Shown: piece after piece, positions 1-12,749 of the stretch | How positions within the stretch are numbered: the stretch's first letter is position 1 | Layout: each line of letters starts with the position of its first letter | NCBI RefSeq assembly: GCF_004010195.1 | Contig: NW_025214398.1 | Location: forward strand, 1-42,973 | Reading direction: 5' to 3' | From: Chiloscyllium plagiosum | Taxonomy: Eukaryota | Length of the DNA stretch: 42,973 nucleotides | Made by a program: the position numbers and the translations under genes | The notes under the pieces: generated by a model | What the model saw: only the letters and a program-made list of their open reading frames with translations | The model's database searches: none | What the model was told of the DNA's origin: nothing

Positions 1-321
1 CCTTCACTATCGCTGAGTCAACATCCTGGAATTCTCCCCCGAACGGCATTGTGGGTCAACCCACAACAGGTGGATTGAAGCAATTCAAGAAGGCAGCTCA
101 CCATCACCTTATCAAGGTAGAAGAGGTGACTAGTTCAGTTTAGGATACCTGGTCACCATTAACAAGTTGGATCAAAGGATCTGTTCTGTGCTGTATTACT
201 CTATTTGTCTGATAACAGTTATCCCACAGCAGATAGGACAGGAATTGCAAAAGCCCCATTACTCCTGATGCAACAGTCAAGAATGCAGAACACATATTGA
301 TAAAATAGTATCATTTGTCCA

Positions 322-1014
322 TGTACAATGTGGGATAAACCCTCCTGCTTAATTTAAACAGCAACACTGAAAAGATTTATCCTGTGCAGTAATCTGTGAA
401 AACTCGAGAGGCTAAGAACTATTTAAAGTAAAACTTAACAACTTTATTTATTAAAGTATAACAGAGAATAATTAACTCACAACTATTCATACCTCCTTTC
501 TCTAACCTATCTTTACCTTCCCTTCCATAATGTCTGATAAAACTCCCAATTAAGATTTACAGAAAAATTCAAATTTTAAAATCAGCCAGTGGTCGAATCT
601 TTACTTTTGTCTGTAGATTGGCTCTCCAGGTCAGCATTGAGGTTTTTCTCTGTGCAAACTCCTTCTCTAGACAGGTGCCTCCCAGAGAGCTCTGACTAGC
701 AGTCTACAGCTGTTGGTCTGGTGGCAGTTCTCCTCCTAACTGTCCAATTTTCCCTGGTCTTATACCTCAAAGCATCAGATTATGTCATTGGCTTTTAAGA
801 TTGTCAATATACTCAATTCAAACTTGATTGGAATTTGGTATTTTTCGGGGTATAATTTAAACTGATTAGCCTAATTTGAATTGGTTTTGTCGTTTCCAGG
901 CAACCAGCTACCCCAGGAGCACATGTTACATTGTTACCTTATTGATAACACTTGGTGCCGTCACTGCTAGCTTTTACTCTTTTAAAGGTATAGTACACCC
1001 ACATCTTCATAACA
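322..1014 (-). mobile_element. Solo LTR
   Basis: TG...CA ends with an exact 5-bp TSD GTCCA (317-321, 1015-1019). Minus-strand CCAAT boxes, TATA-like motif (~760) and AATAAA (~445). Confidence 0.8.
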
Positions 1015-1159
1015 GTCCATTAGCAGCATAGACTATAGTAGACTCACACATAGAAAGTATTTCCATTGTTTATTTTTGTTACAGTTTTGTTTTTACTTTT
1101 ACTTTCTAAGTAAATTATAGAACTCTGGTTTTACACTTCCTATATAACAGCTCAGGCAA

Positions 1160-1345
1160 CCCGAAACAAAAACTGAATTACTGGTAAAACCTGTCAGGTG
1201 GCAGCATCTGTGTTCTGATGAAGAGTCACCAGACTCAAAACTTTCACTCTGCTTTCTTTCCACGGGTGCTGTCAGACCTGACGAGTTTCACCTGTTTTTG
1301 GGTCAGATCACCAGCACCACACAGTTCTTTGCTTTATTTTTTGTA
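1160..1345 (+). mobile_element. Old Penelope-derived fold-back-type repeat with decayed HHR
   Basis: CTGATGA (1215-1221), A, GAGTC-ACCA-GACTC, AAAAC (GAAAC decayed), followed by the GCTGTCAGACCTG-type tail. Confidence 0.6.
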
Positions 1346-1905
1346 TTGACAACCGTCAGCCTTGCTCAGTGGCAGAACTCATCCTTCTCACTCAGAATGG
1401 ATATTCATATCTCATCTTGACATATAAATGCATAACATAGGTTGATAATTTATTGGAAAGCTTCCCTATTGGAAGGCTAGGTTGAAGTTGATATAATTAA
1501 GGGCGCACTTGTTTGGTAGCTAGGGAGCGAGCTAAAGCCACACATTTCCTTTTTATGGAGAAGCTCAGAGCATTAAGTGCCAAACAAGCAATTAACTGGG
1601 TAGCAGTGGACCTTACCATGATCATGGATCTCGGGACAGAAGCCCCACCCAGCCAGAGCTAATGATAGAAAGTCCTCATGGCTTGACAACACCACTGGGG
1701 AGGCAGTAATTGTTGCCACAGATACACTCACACAACGCCCACCATCACCTAGGGACCGGGGCATAGGTAAATGATGATATCAAAGGATCATGGCAGAGAG
1801 AGACGTCTGAAGCAAGGACTACCATTCTCAATACCAGATCTCTCATTAGGCACTGTGTGTCTTTGAACAATGGAGTCTTCTGGAAATCCTCAATCAACCT
1901 CAACA

Positions 1906-2218
1906 GGGTGGCACGGTGGCTCAATGGTTAGCACTGCTGCCTCACGGCACCGAGGACCTGGGTTCAATTCCAGTCTTGGGTGAATGTCTGTATAGAATTT
2001 GCACATTCTCCCCGTGGGAGTTCTGGTTTCATCCCAAAGTCCAAAGATGTGCAGGTTAGGTGGATTGGTCATGCTAAATTACCCTGTGGGGTCCAGGGAC
2101 ATGTGAGTTAGGTGGATTAGCAATGGGACATACAAGAGGTCGAGTGGGATGCTCTTCAGAGGGTTGGTATGGACTTAATGGGCTGAATGGCCTGCTTCCA
2201 CACTGTAGAGATTCTATG
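1906..2218 (+). mobile_element. HE1-type tRNA-derived SINE
   Basis: Box A TGGCTCAATGG, box B GGTTCAATTCC, core TTTGCACATTCTCCCCGTG, CR1-like tail ending ATTCTATG. Confidence 0.9.
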
Positions 2219-2789
2219 GCTGGATTTGTTTCTTGGGCTTCCCACACAGCCTGCCACTGTAATAAATACAAGTAAGGCCCTGAAATGGACATTAATTGTC
2301 TACTTATTGGGTATCCACTGAAGGTTGCCTGGGAAGGCAATTCATAACTCCTTCCGCCATGAGCTGAACTGAGCAAGAGGAGGAAAGTTTCCTCCTGCCT
2401 GATTAAATGCCCCATCACCAAATGCGCCACAAGGGACGGCATTAAATGCTATCCAGTTATGCTTTGGATGAGATAATAAACAAATGGCACACCCACCTGT
2501 TTAATGGTTGTAAACGTTTTCATGGAACTATTTGGTCAACACTTATCCCTCAACCAACATGACTGAAACAGATATTAACTGGTTACTGATTTATATCCCG
2601 TATGTGGACCTCTAATGTAAGTTGACTGTCCAGTTCTTCAAATTGTGACTGTTATTCAAATACATGTGAAGCAGGATAAAATATCCTAGCGTAATGAATT
2701 GTAGATGAAAATATTATAGATGTATCTACATCAACTTGGCATGCAATTTCCTAACAATTTACAATCTACAAGTGACACTAAAATGGACA

Positions 2790-3664
2790 GGGTCTAGATT
2801 AGAGTGGTGCTAGAAAAGTGGTGCTGCAGTTCAGGCAGCATCCGAGGAGCAGTAAAATTGACGTTTCGGGCAAAAGCTCTTCATCAGGAATACAGGCAGA
2901 GAGCCTGAAGGGTGGAGAGATAAATGAGAGGAGGGTGGGGGTGGGGAGAAAGTAGCATAGAGTACAATAGGTGAGTGGGGGAGTGGATGAAGGGGTCAGG
3001 GTGGAATGTGTTGGTGAAGTTGATGAATTGCTCAACCTCCTCGCAGGAGTGGGAGGGGGAGTTGAAATGTTGAGCCACGGGGCGGTTTGGTTGATTGGTG
3101 CGGGTGTCTCTGAGATGTTCCCTAAAGCGCTCTGCTAGGAGGTGTCCAGTCTCCCCAATGTAGAGGAGACTGCATCGGGAGCAACGGATACAATAGATGA
3201 TATTAGTGGATGTGCAGGTAGAACTTTGATGGATGTGGAAGGCTCCTTTAGGGCCTTGGATGGAGGTGAGGGAGGAGGTGTGGGCACAGGTTTTGCAATT
3301 CCTGCGGTGGTAGGGGAAGGTGCCAGGGCAGGAAGGTGGGTTGTAGTGGGGCATGGACCTGACCAGGTAGTCACGGAGGGAACGGTCTTTGCGGAAGGCG
3401 GAAAGGGGTGGGGAGGGAAATATATCCCTGGTGGTGGGGTCCGTTTGGAGGTGGCGGAAATGTCAGCAGATTATTTGGTTTATGCAAAGGTGGGTAGGGT
3501 GGAAAGTGAGCACCAGGGGCGTTCTGTCCTTGTTACGGTTGGAGGGGTGGGGTCTGAGGGCGGAGGTGCGGGATGTGGACGAGATGCATTGGAGGGCATC
3601 TTTAACTACGTGGGAAGGGAAATTGCGTTCTCTAAAGAAGGAGGCCATCTGGTGTGTTCTGTGG
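2790..3664 (-). mobile_element. Penelope-like retroelement, 5'-truncated (RT C-terminal linker, GIY-YIG endonuclease, terminal repeat with HHR)
   Basis: Minus ORFs give MASFFRERNFPSHVV...RTPLVLTFHP and CKTC...NIIYCIRCSRCSLLYIGETG...RFREH (GIY-YIG). HHR motif at ~2855-2893. Possible TGGACA duplication at 2784-2789 and 3665-3670. Confidence 0.9.
2855..2893 (-). ncRNA. Minimal hammerhead motif in Penelope terminal repeat
   Basis: Minus strand ATTC-CTGATGA-A-GAGC-TTTT-GCCC-GAAA-CGTC-AATT. One mismatch in stem II. Confidence 0.55.
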
Positions 3665-4093
3665 TGGACACTCATCCTCTTGATGGAGAACTACGTACAA
3701 ATTTACTGACCATGTTGTTAACGTATATTGAAATGTAAAAATGGACATAAAAAAGAGGAAACCAGTGCAAACAAAGTATGATGAAAGAACCAAACTTATG
3801 CCATATTTCTTTCCTGCATTTTTATTTATGCACAAATTTTAAGTTTAAAGCATCTGACCATTATTCATGCGCGGCAAGGATCAGCAAATCCAATTGGCTA
3901 GCTTTAGGTCTGAACACAGATTTTAGGTACACACCCACAGTAAGGTATGGAGAAAGGAGTGCTCGGAATGATATTTCAGTCATCTTGTCAGTAGGGCAGA
4001 CTTAATAGATTAACTGGTCTTTTCCAGCCTTTCATTTCTTTAAAAAAAAACATGGTGTTGAAAGGTTGGCATGTGCTAACGTTAAGCATGTTA

Positions 4094-4371
4094 GGGCGGC
4101 ACGGTGGCTCAGTGGTTAGCACTGCTACCTCACAGCACCAGGGTCCCAGGCTCAATTCCAGCCTCGTGCGACTGTCTGTGTGGAGTTTGCACATTGTCTG
4201 CGTGGGTGTCCTCCCGGTGCCTCCCACAGTCCAAAGGCGTGCAGGTCAGGTGAATTCGCCACGGTAAATTGCCCATAGTGTTAGGTGCATTAGTCAGAGG
4301 GAAATGGGTCTGGGTGGGTTACTCTTTGGAGGGTCAGTGTGGACTGCTTTCCACATTGTAGGGAATCTAAT
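4094..4371 (+). mobile_element. HE1-type tRNA-derived SINE
   Basis: GGGCGGCACGGTGGCTCAGTGGTTAGCACTG head, same core and tail as 1906-2218. Confidence 0.9.
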
Positions 4372-7300
4372 AACACTTTCCACCCAAACATATGTGAATG
4401 CTCACCCCAAAGGTCAAAATTCTGTGTAAGTATACATTTATTGATAGAACATGTTTTATGATTACACTATTAAAGTTGAAGCTAATGTTTTACTTATGTA
4501 ACCCTTAGATCATAATCTAAAGTTCTTTACACATGAATACAGGATGTTATTTTGAGGACTAGTGAGCAATCACTTCACTTATATTACATCTGACTTCACC
4601 AACAGAAGATTATCTTCCTCTAGCCCCTCTAAAGAGGTGAAGAGCAGGACATCTGTAATGGCTCAGAGGTAAAGTCAATGTGTCTGAGACAGTCAGATCA
4701 GCAATTTCTTAAGTTTAATGTAGTATCATTAACATTACCATTAAAACAGTAGGTAGTGGAATGTCAAATGAACATAATTTGAACTGAGGTACTAATTTTA
4801 AAAGAAATTAGGTTTGATTCTTTTAGCTCCTAAGTTATTGGAAACTAAAGAAGTTTTAAGGATGATTTTCTCTGGTTTCTTGATGGGGAAGTTTAACAAA
4901 ATATATTCCTGACAGGCAATCCCTTTTACGATAAGCAGAAATCGGGAATTCAGGAATGTGTTCTCATCCAATATTTGTAATGGCCAGAAAGTCATAGCAT
5001 GCCATACTAACCCATTGCAATTACTAATACGTGCTCCTGTATGTGGATAGTGGGAACATGGAGATGACAAGCCTCAATATCAGTACAAAAATAAACCTTT
5101 TGGTAGAAACCCAAGATCACCAGGGGCTTGATTCACCAGCTTTCTGACTGGGTTGCTTGATCTAATAGGAAGGCTGCTGACCTTAATCAAGTAGTGTTCT
5201 GATGAATGGACAACCTGAACCACTTAACTAACCATTCCTCTCCATTGATGCTGCTTGACCTGCTGAGCTTTTCCAGTTTCTTTTTGGTTCTTATTTCAGA
5301 TTTCTAGTATCTGCAATATTTTGATTATTCTTAATTTGATGGCACTCCTGGCAGCAGCCTCTTAATTTTGTGCCTGGGATCACCCTGCCCATCTGTGACT
5401 GGAACCTAAGTAACTGGAGCCTGAGTAGGGAAGCCACCATAGTAAGCACAGCAGGCAGAAGCAGGTTTATGTCTGGCTTGCAGAGATAAGAGGTCCTGCA
5501 AGCATTTATTTTTCTTTGAGGGTTTAGGAGGTTGAAGAACAATCCTCCCAGCCCCACAAGGAAAGTTGCAGTCTCCTCTGTGCTCTGGACCTTTCCATTT
5601 CCATTCTATAACATTTCTCAAAATGGTCACCCAATACTTCCCTACCATGGCCCCTCTTCACACTCTGAGTAACTATGGCGAAACTCGATAAACCTGCAAC
5701 AGCCACGAGTCTTGGATCAGGACCAATTGAACATTTTGCAATTGCATCACTTCCTGCATGTCTAAAACTTGCCAGAGTTAAAATTCGACCCCTGTGTCTT
5801 TCCTCTGACTCCAAAACTACTTAATCATTCCACATGTTTTCTCCAATCCGGTTTGCAGTTCTCAGCATTCATATCAATGAATGTAGAGGTTATAAGGTAA
5901 AAGCTGCATGCAAAGTCTGAAAGTCAACAGGGGTATTCAGTCCACAGAGAATTCACGTATTTCATCGAGAAGCGAAATTGTCCTTTACTGTGCTGTCAGC
6001 ACAAGCTGTGCAGGCATCTGAAATGAAGAAGACAATGCATAAGCAATATGTCACATCAGCACCTTGAGAGGCCTGTGCCATTGACTGAAAGGATATGGAT
6101 TTTCCTTAATTGCAACTACTTCCATTATACTTTCCCAATCTTACATGGCAGTTGAAGGGAAATGTAAACTTAGGGACTGAGATAATGGGCAATACAACAT
6201 AACTTTTAATAATCTCAATCACATTAATGTACAGTCTTTTATGCCCACTGCATCAGTCATGGTGACAGCAGCCCATTGTGCCTACTCTGTCAAACATGAT
6301 GCAGCTGCATCTCATCATGTCCATTCTGTCAATCAAAGTATTACCTCATTTAACCCCCCACAAACCTATTCACAGCCATCTGTCAACCAAGATCCTGTCT
6401 TGCTTATCATCTTCAATCTGTCAGACATAGAAACACCTGCCCCTGCAGGTCCACACTGTCAGTCGCAGTGCTATGCCCTCCTAACACTAAATCTGTCAAG
6501 CATGATGGTGTCGGCTCCTCAACATTGTCTCTCAATTATAGTAATCTTGCCCATCAAGGTGAACAATATTTACATTGAGAAATAATATGTTTTCACTTCA
6601 CAGCAGACAGAATGTCAGCATCAAGACATCACAGGTTAGTAGCACTTGGCACTACTGATTTCAGAGTAAACTTCTTGTAAACTATTCCTTTAGGCCAAGT
6701 TTAGGAGAGCACCCACTACTGCACCAATAAAATAGTCCTACTTCCATATTATCTTAAGTAAAATTCTTAAGAGACAAGTAAAATACAAGTAAAATTCTAG
6801 AAATTTTCAGCAGGTGTGACAGCATCTGCAAAGAGAAAATGTCACACAATGATCTTCTGTCAAAACTGCATGTTAGCTTACATTACATCGTTTTTAGAGT
6901 TCGCCAATTCATCAAATTGCCAAATTTCAATGCTTTGTCTGTGCATAATCAATATTATATTAATTTTGGCTGTCCTTAGTAATTCACTACTGAATATTTA
7001 CAACCAGTTGAGATAAATACTCCCATTTGATTTTCCAGTACTGGATTCAATCCTACAGCTAAAGGTTGTTGAAAAACTAACCCACAGTATCACTGGGAAG
7101 CCAGGCGACATCTGACCTAATCTATAATATCCAATATCACAGCCAAAATGTGACTATGGATTAAGTAACAATAGGGGAGAAAAACGTAAATATGACATGC
7201 TTTGAAAAAATGCTGTAAAAGTGACAAATGCAATGAAAGTTTACACTAGTGAAGATATAAATTGTACTGAAAATGTGAGATGCCAAAATAATTAATAATT

Positions 7301-8399
7301 TGGTATAAAAACACTGTAGAAAATAGAGTTTCACATTATTGTTTGATTGTTTTGGAAAGAATGTCTGAAATTCTGGAAGTATCACTCAATTGGTTATGCA
7401 CTAATTTTAAAATCTATTCCAGGGTTGACCAGACAATCACTGCATTGCAGTACTGACAGCATGTTGCTGCTCTTCAGAGAACACATTAAAGAAAGAAAGT
7501 TCACTTAAATAGCACCTTACACATCCTCCAGCTATCCAAACGTGCTTCACAAACACCAATACATTTTAAATTCTGGTCACTTTTATAAAATGGCAGTGAT
7601 ATTAGTTGAAGGAAGAATGTTCAGAACACTTCTCTTCCTTTGTTCCTCTTCCTCTATACTGCCATTTGATCTTTTATATCCGCCTATTAAAAAATGAGGG
7701 TCTCTGCTTATTGTCTAATGCAGAACACATCACATCTGTAATAATAGGTATAATTCTGTATTTCATCAAAATATAACCTGAGACTGTTCAAGTCTTGGAA
7801 TGATTTGTGAACCTAAGCTTTATGACTTATCTCATGAATGACCATCACTGGGTCAAAACCTACAAGCTGTTGCCTGTTAATATCCCAAGTGTTCCAGTGG
7901 GCTCAAAAGATATTAAGTTATAATTCAAAAAAGTAACGAGAAATGTCTCCACTGCCTGGCCAACATTCCTCTCACAATCAATATCACCTAAAACCAGATA
8001 TATCTTACAGATATTTGTAAGATTCCACTTCGGGCAAAATGATGATCGATGCACTTCGAAGCTGTTTGTTGTATGCAAAAGACCTTGAGACATTTATGAG
8101 TTATGACTAGGTGCTATAAAAAAGTATATTCTTTAATCATAAAATGGCGTTGAAGCACTTATTTTCCCCCAGGAGTCCTCATGCCTTTATGTTGCATTAT
8201 TTCTCCATCTGTTGGTCAGCATTAAGTATTACAGCATTAGACATATATTTAAGTCCAACTTTCAGTCACAATTTTGATATACTAACATGGCTTTTCTTTA
8301 AAAAAGAATCATTCAGGGGATGTGGACATTAGTGGTCAAGCCTGCATTTAATGCCCATCATAAGGTGGTGTCAGCTGCCTTCTGCAATCTGTTTGTTGT

Positions 8400-9375
8400 A
8401 TGTTGAAACAAAATGCCACTAGGGAGGTCACTGAACCAAAACCACCCTAACTTCTGTCCTCAAACTGCAGTATGCACATTCAGAAGTAAAACTACAAACC
8501 ATCATTGATGCATTCACTGAGAAATACGAGAGAATGGGTCTCAGACTAAACATCTGGGAAACAAAGTTTCTCCATCACCCCGCTCTTTCCACACAACACC
8601 ATCTCCCAACCATCAAAATCCACATTAGACCCCGGATCATTTCCTATACCTCCGGAGCCTCCTCTTGGTGTCAGCAGAAACTTATGATGAAATCCATTCA
8701 ACTCCAATGTGCCACTGCAGCCTTTGGATGCCTGAGGAACAGAATACGCAAAGTTTGTGACTTCAAATCTGGCACCAAGTTCATGGTGTACAAAGTGGCT
8801 ATAGTTTCTACTCTCCCATATGTATCAGAAACATGGACCATGTACAAAGCCACCTAAAATCCCTGGAGAGTTATCACTAGCACTGTCTTTAAAAACCTGT
8901 AATCCACTAGCAGGATAGGTGTACCAATGTGAGTGTTCTCTCCTAGGCCAATATCCTCAGTATTGAGGACATATGTGATTTATGTGGATTATGTTATCTG
9001 CATACTCAGCAAAAACTCCCCGCAAGTTCACATGCTCAAGTTCCATAATGGTAGCAATCAGGGGGAAGTCAGACCAAAGGACACTCTGAAAGCCTGCTGA
9101 AACAAATGCAACATCCCCACCAACACGTGGGAATTGCTTGTCCTGGAACTGGAGAAGAGGTATCTGCGAAGGCACTGAGTGTCACTGTGTGGAAGGCAAG
9201 TGAAAACAGTGAAAGGGTGCGCAGTATCCAGAGCATTCCACAAACCCACTTAATCAAAACAGCACTTACTCCATGTGGGGCACAGTTTGCAGCTCCAGGA
9301 TCAGACTATTAAGTTGCTGCAGAACCTACCCCCAGAATGGAAGCAGGGCATACTCAACCTGAGGAATTCCCAATC
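8400..9375 (+). mobile_element. RTE-clade LINE 3' fragment, degraded
   Basis: GLRLNIWETK, AAFGCLRNR and TKFMVYKVAIVSTLPYVSETWTMY resemble the RTE ORF2 C-terminal region. Confidence 0.8.
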
Positions 9376-9399
9376 CCATGCGTGACTAGGATGGTATGT

Positions 9400-10188
9400 T
9401 GTGTTATTTTGTTGTAACAGTAAAGTTACCTTTCACTTTAGTATGGAGCATGTAGCATTGATGCAACACAATTCCAGAAGACTGTAGCTATTGTTCAAGA
9501 GTAATGCTGACTGAGATGAGTGATGCACATGAAGTGGGAGATGGCAAGGGGCAGGGTGACACTAGGCACACGGACACACAGATGATCACTTGACACATAA
9601 GATGACCACTGGACCACAATATGGAGAGAAACAGCACAGCAAATACAGACACTGCCTGCGGCCACCAGAATGCCAACACGATGCACTCACAACCTAGTTG
9701 ATTAGTTTAAGCCGGGTGGGGGAGAGAATACACATGAGGAGTGTACACTGCCTGCCGAAGTGTCTGGGTCCAGCCAACACCTTTGATAGAAATGTTAATA
9801 ATTTGATACGGACTAAATACAGAGTGCTAACAGCCAGGGTTGCAGTAATCATCCTTCTCAGGAAGAGCGATTAGCGCCCATTACTTCAGTAATGGACTTC
9901 CGCACAGACACTGAAACTGACGATGACTGTATTGAAACTATCAACAATTCTGCAATGATTGCCATAAACAAATCATATTACAAAGATAATAATCCCATCA
10001 CTGACCTATTGTATCACAAGATGTATAAAAGTATCTTGACATGTGCTCTGGGTCAAGAGAGGACTCGCAGCTGACCACTGTGCTGTTGGTGTCTTTCTCA
10101 CCCGGAGCTCCGGTATTTCTTTGTACAATAAACTCTGTCATTGAACCCCGACTCTGACTCCGAGACTGGTGATTTTCCCCATAACACA
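9400..10188 (+). mobile_element. Solo LTR (Gypsy-like)
   Basis: 8-bp terminal inverted repeat TGTGTTAT...ATAACACA. Flanks TATGT/TATGA (4/5 TSD). TATAAAA at ~10024 and AATAAA at ~10126. Confidence 0.7.
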
Positions 10189-10576
10189 TATGACACCAAA
10201 AATTGACAGAATTGCTGACATTTCACCAAAAGCACATTACAGAAATACTGAAAAATGATGCTGAAAGATCAAAGTCTACATTTTAACTGAATTGGTACTT
10301 CAAAAAGAAACTAAGATCTTGTAAAAACTTGCTTTGTTGAAAATGTTAGCAGTGAATTGCAGAAAATATTAATGAGATAAAATATTGATTCAACTCTTTC
10401 ATCAATTGGTAAGGCCAAAATGTATTTGAGGTGAAACGCCACATGTATAATTTAATGAATGGCACAGACCATTCATCCTCCCTATATCAATTAAGACAGG
10501 TAACAGTGGCCAGTATGGCCATCATCAGCTTCGGGTGTTTAGTCACCTTCAACTGCTGTTTAATATCAGTCTCAGG

Positions 10577-11440
10577 ACATAGGGACACAGGAATTAGGAG
10601 CAGGAGTAGGCAATTCAGTCCTTTGACCCCACTCTGCTACTTAACATGGTCATGGCTGATCTTACCCTGGTGTCAGCTCTACTTTCCTGCTTACTTCCTA
10701 AAGCCCTTTATCCCCCTTTTCATCAGAAACATATCTATTTCTTTCTTGAATCTGTTGATTGATTCTGTCACCATTGCACTCTGGGGCAGTGTGTGTTACA
10801 GATTTGGAACCCTCTGAGAGAAGTAGTTCCTCCTCATCTGTTTTGAACCCACGACTGTATATATCTATGACCTGTCGTTTGAGGTTGTTCCACAAGGGGA
10901 AACATTTCCACCTTTAGGATTTTACATACCTCAATCAGATCCCCCCTCAATCTTCTGAACTCCAGTGTGTACAAGCTCAAGCTATTTAACCACACCTCAT
11001 ACGATACCCCATTCTTCCCTGGAATCAATTTGGAGAACTTTCTCTGAATTGCTTCCAGTGTCATTATATCCTTCCACAGTGAGGTGACCACAACTGAACA
11101 CAACACTCCAGGTGTGGTCTTACCAATATCTTATATATTTGTAACACCACTATTTTACTTTTGCAACCCAGTCCTTTTGCAATAAATGTCAGGATGCCAT
11201 TTGCCTTTCTTATTCTATGCTGCACCATTTGAATAATAACTTGCCCTTTTGTTTTTCCAGTCAAAATGGACAACCTCGTTGTTATCTACATTAAACTCCG
11301 TCTGCCAGATTCTGGCCCATTTTTCTTGCCTCTCAATATCCATCTGCAAACTCTTTATTTCCTTATCACAGCCTATCTTCCCACAAATGTTACTATGTTA
11401 CATTCTGTCCCTGCTTGCAGACCATTTATATAGATTGTAA
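10577..11440 (-). mobile_element. CR1-clade LINE 3' fragment
   Basis: Minus ORFs VLQIYKILVRPHLECCVQLWSPH and LYTLEFRRLRGDLIEVCKILK are typical of the CR1 ORF2 C-terminus. Confidence 0.9.
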
Positions 11441-11979
11441 ACCACTTAGCTTTAAACAAAACAGAATTTATCTACAAGAATACTGAATTAAACACAAAAG
11501 AAAACAGAATACCGAAAACTTACCCTATTCAAATATCTGACAGATCATCCCAACTTAATGATGCTGTTGCAAATTCCTGCAACAATCCCCATACACATCG
11601 CTTGGCACAAAAGGGAAAATCAAACACAGGGTCTTATAGGGGAGAGAAAGAGAGAGAGATGGCAGCATAGAATACCCTCTTTCATATAGCTGTTTCATGG
11701 ATCAGCAGCCTTGAACTATCTGACTGCCTTCAGTGAACAGCCAGACTGCCAAAACCAAACAAAACCAGAGTAAAATTGAGCTGGGAGAACTGTCCATTCT
11801 CCTTTCATTGTATAAGTGTTCCTTTAAACATGAAAGTATTTTTCCTGAGGCAGTATCTGTTAGCTATAACCAAAGTGGCCTAAAACCCTTCAAACCTAGA
11901 CTTTTCAGAACCTGTGTTTTTATGACGTCCTGAGAAGAACCAAGGAAAACATAACCTTGTTAAAGGAACAGCATCATCA
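11441..11979 (-). mobile_element. Probable LTR fragment nested in CR1
   Basis: Non-CR1 block interrupting CR1 sequence, with LTR-like composition. Boundaries approximate and no TSD resolved. Confidence 0.45.
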
Positions 11980-11984
11980 GTGTT

Positions 11985-12600
11985 CAGTTATCTCCTCAGT
12001 TAACTCCTCTGATACGATTGACTCCAGCAACATTCCCACCAGAGAGGTCAAACTAACTGGTCTATAGTTTCCCATTTCCCACTTTTTGCCTTTCTGCTTT
12101 TTTTGAATAAGGGTGTCACATTAGCATGTTTCCAGAATGCTGGGAATATCGGAATATCATCCACTATCTCTGTTGCTGTCTCCTTTAATTCCCTTGGGTG
12201 CAGGCCATCAGGTGACTCCCAGGGGACTTGTCTGCCTTCAATCCCAGTATTATAGTAATTCCTCGAGTTATAGTAACTTCACCAAATTCCTCTATAGTAA
12301 TTGCAGTTTATGGGAAGAAATTATTATCTGCCACTGTCAAAACAGAGGCAAAATATTGGTTTAGTGCCTCTGCCATTTCTGAGTTCCCATTATTATCTCC
12401 ACATTTTTGCCCTCTAAAGGTTCAACATTTACTTTCACAATTCTCTGCCTTTTTAAATACTTATAGAAGCTTTTTGTATCGGTGCTTAAGTTTTATGCTA
12501 GCTTCCTTTCATTTTTCATCTTAGCTCTTTTGATTTTGTTTCTAATAACGCTTTGTTAAGGTTTAAAGTTCTCCTTATCCTCCAGATTGCCACTAACCTT
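11985..12600 (-). mobile_element. CR1-clade LINE internal fragment
   Basis: Degenerate ORF2 remnants (MAEALNQYFASV-like, KSPGxDGLHP-like, NYRPVSLTS). Confidence 0.7.
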
Positions 12601-12749
12601 TGCAAGATGTGGGTGTCATTGGCAAGGCTGTCCTTCCTAGATGTTCTGAAGTGGTGGTGAACTATTGGTTGTACTTGTAATAAGACTGATTGGGTCATTA
12701 GAATATTTCAGTGTTGGACAGGAGTGACATATAGACTGGAATGAATAAG

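Noticed and set aside
1906..1975. tRNA gene
   Set aside because: The tRNA-like head continues into a SINE core and LINE tail, and several dispersed copies exist.
3142..3738. 198-aa plus-strand ORF
   Set aside because: Antisense shadow of the Penelope coding fragment.
5524..6019. Minus-strand exon candidate (acceptor at 6018-6019, ACTACADSTVKDNFASR*) and 96-aa ORF
   Set aside because: No recognisable homology or linked exons. Cannot be supported without RNA data.
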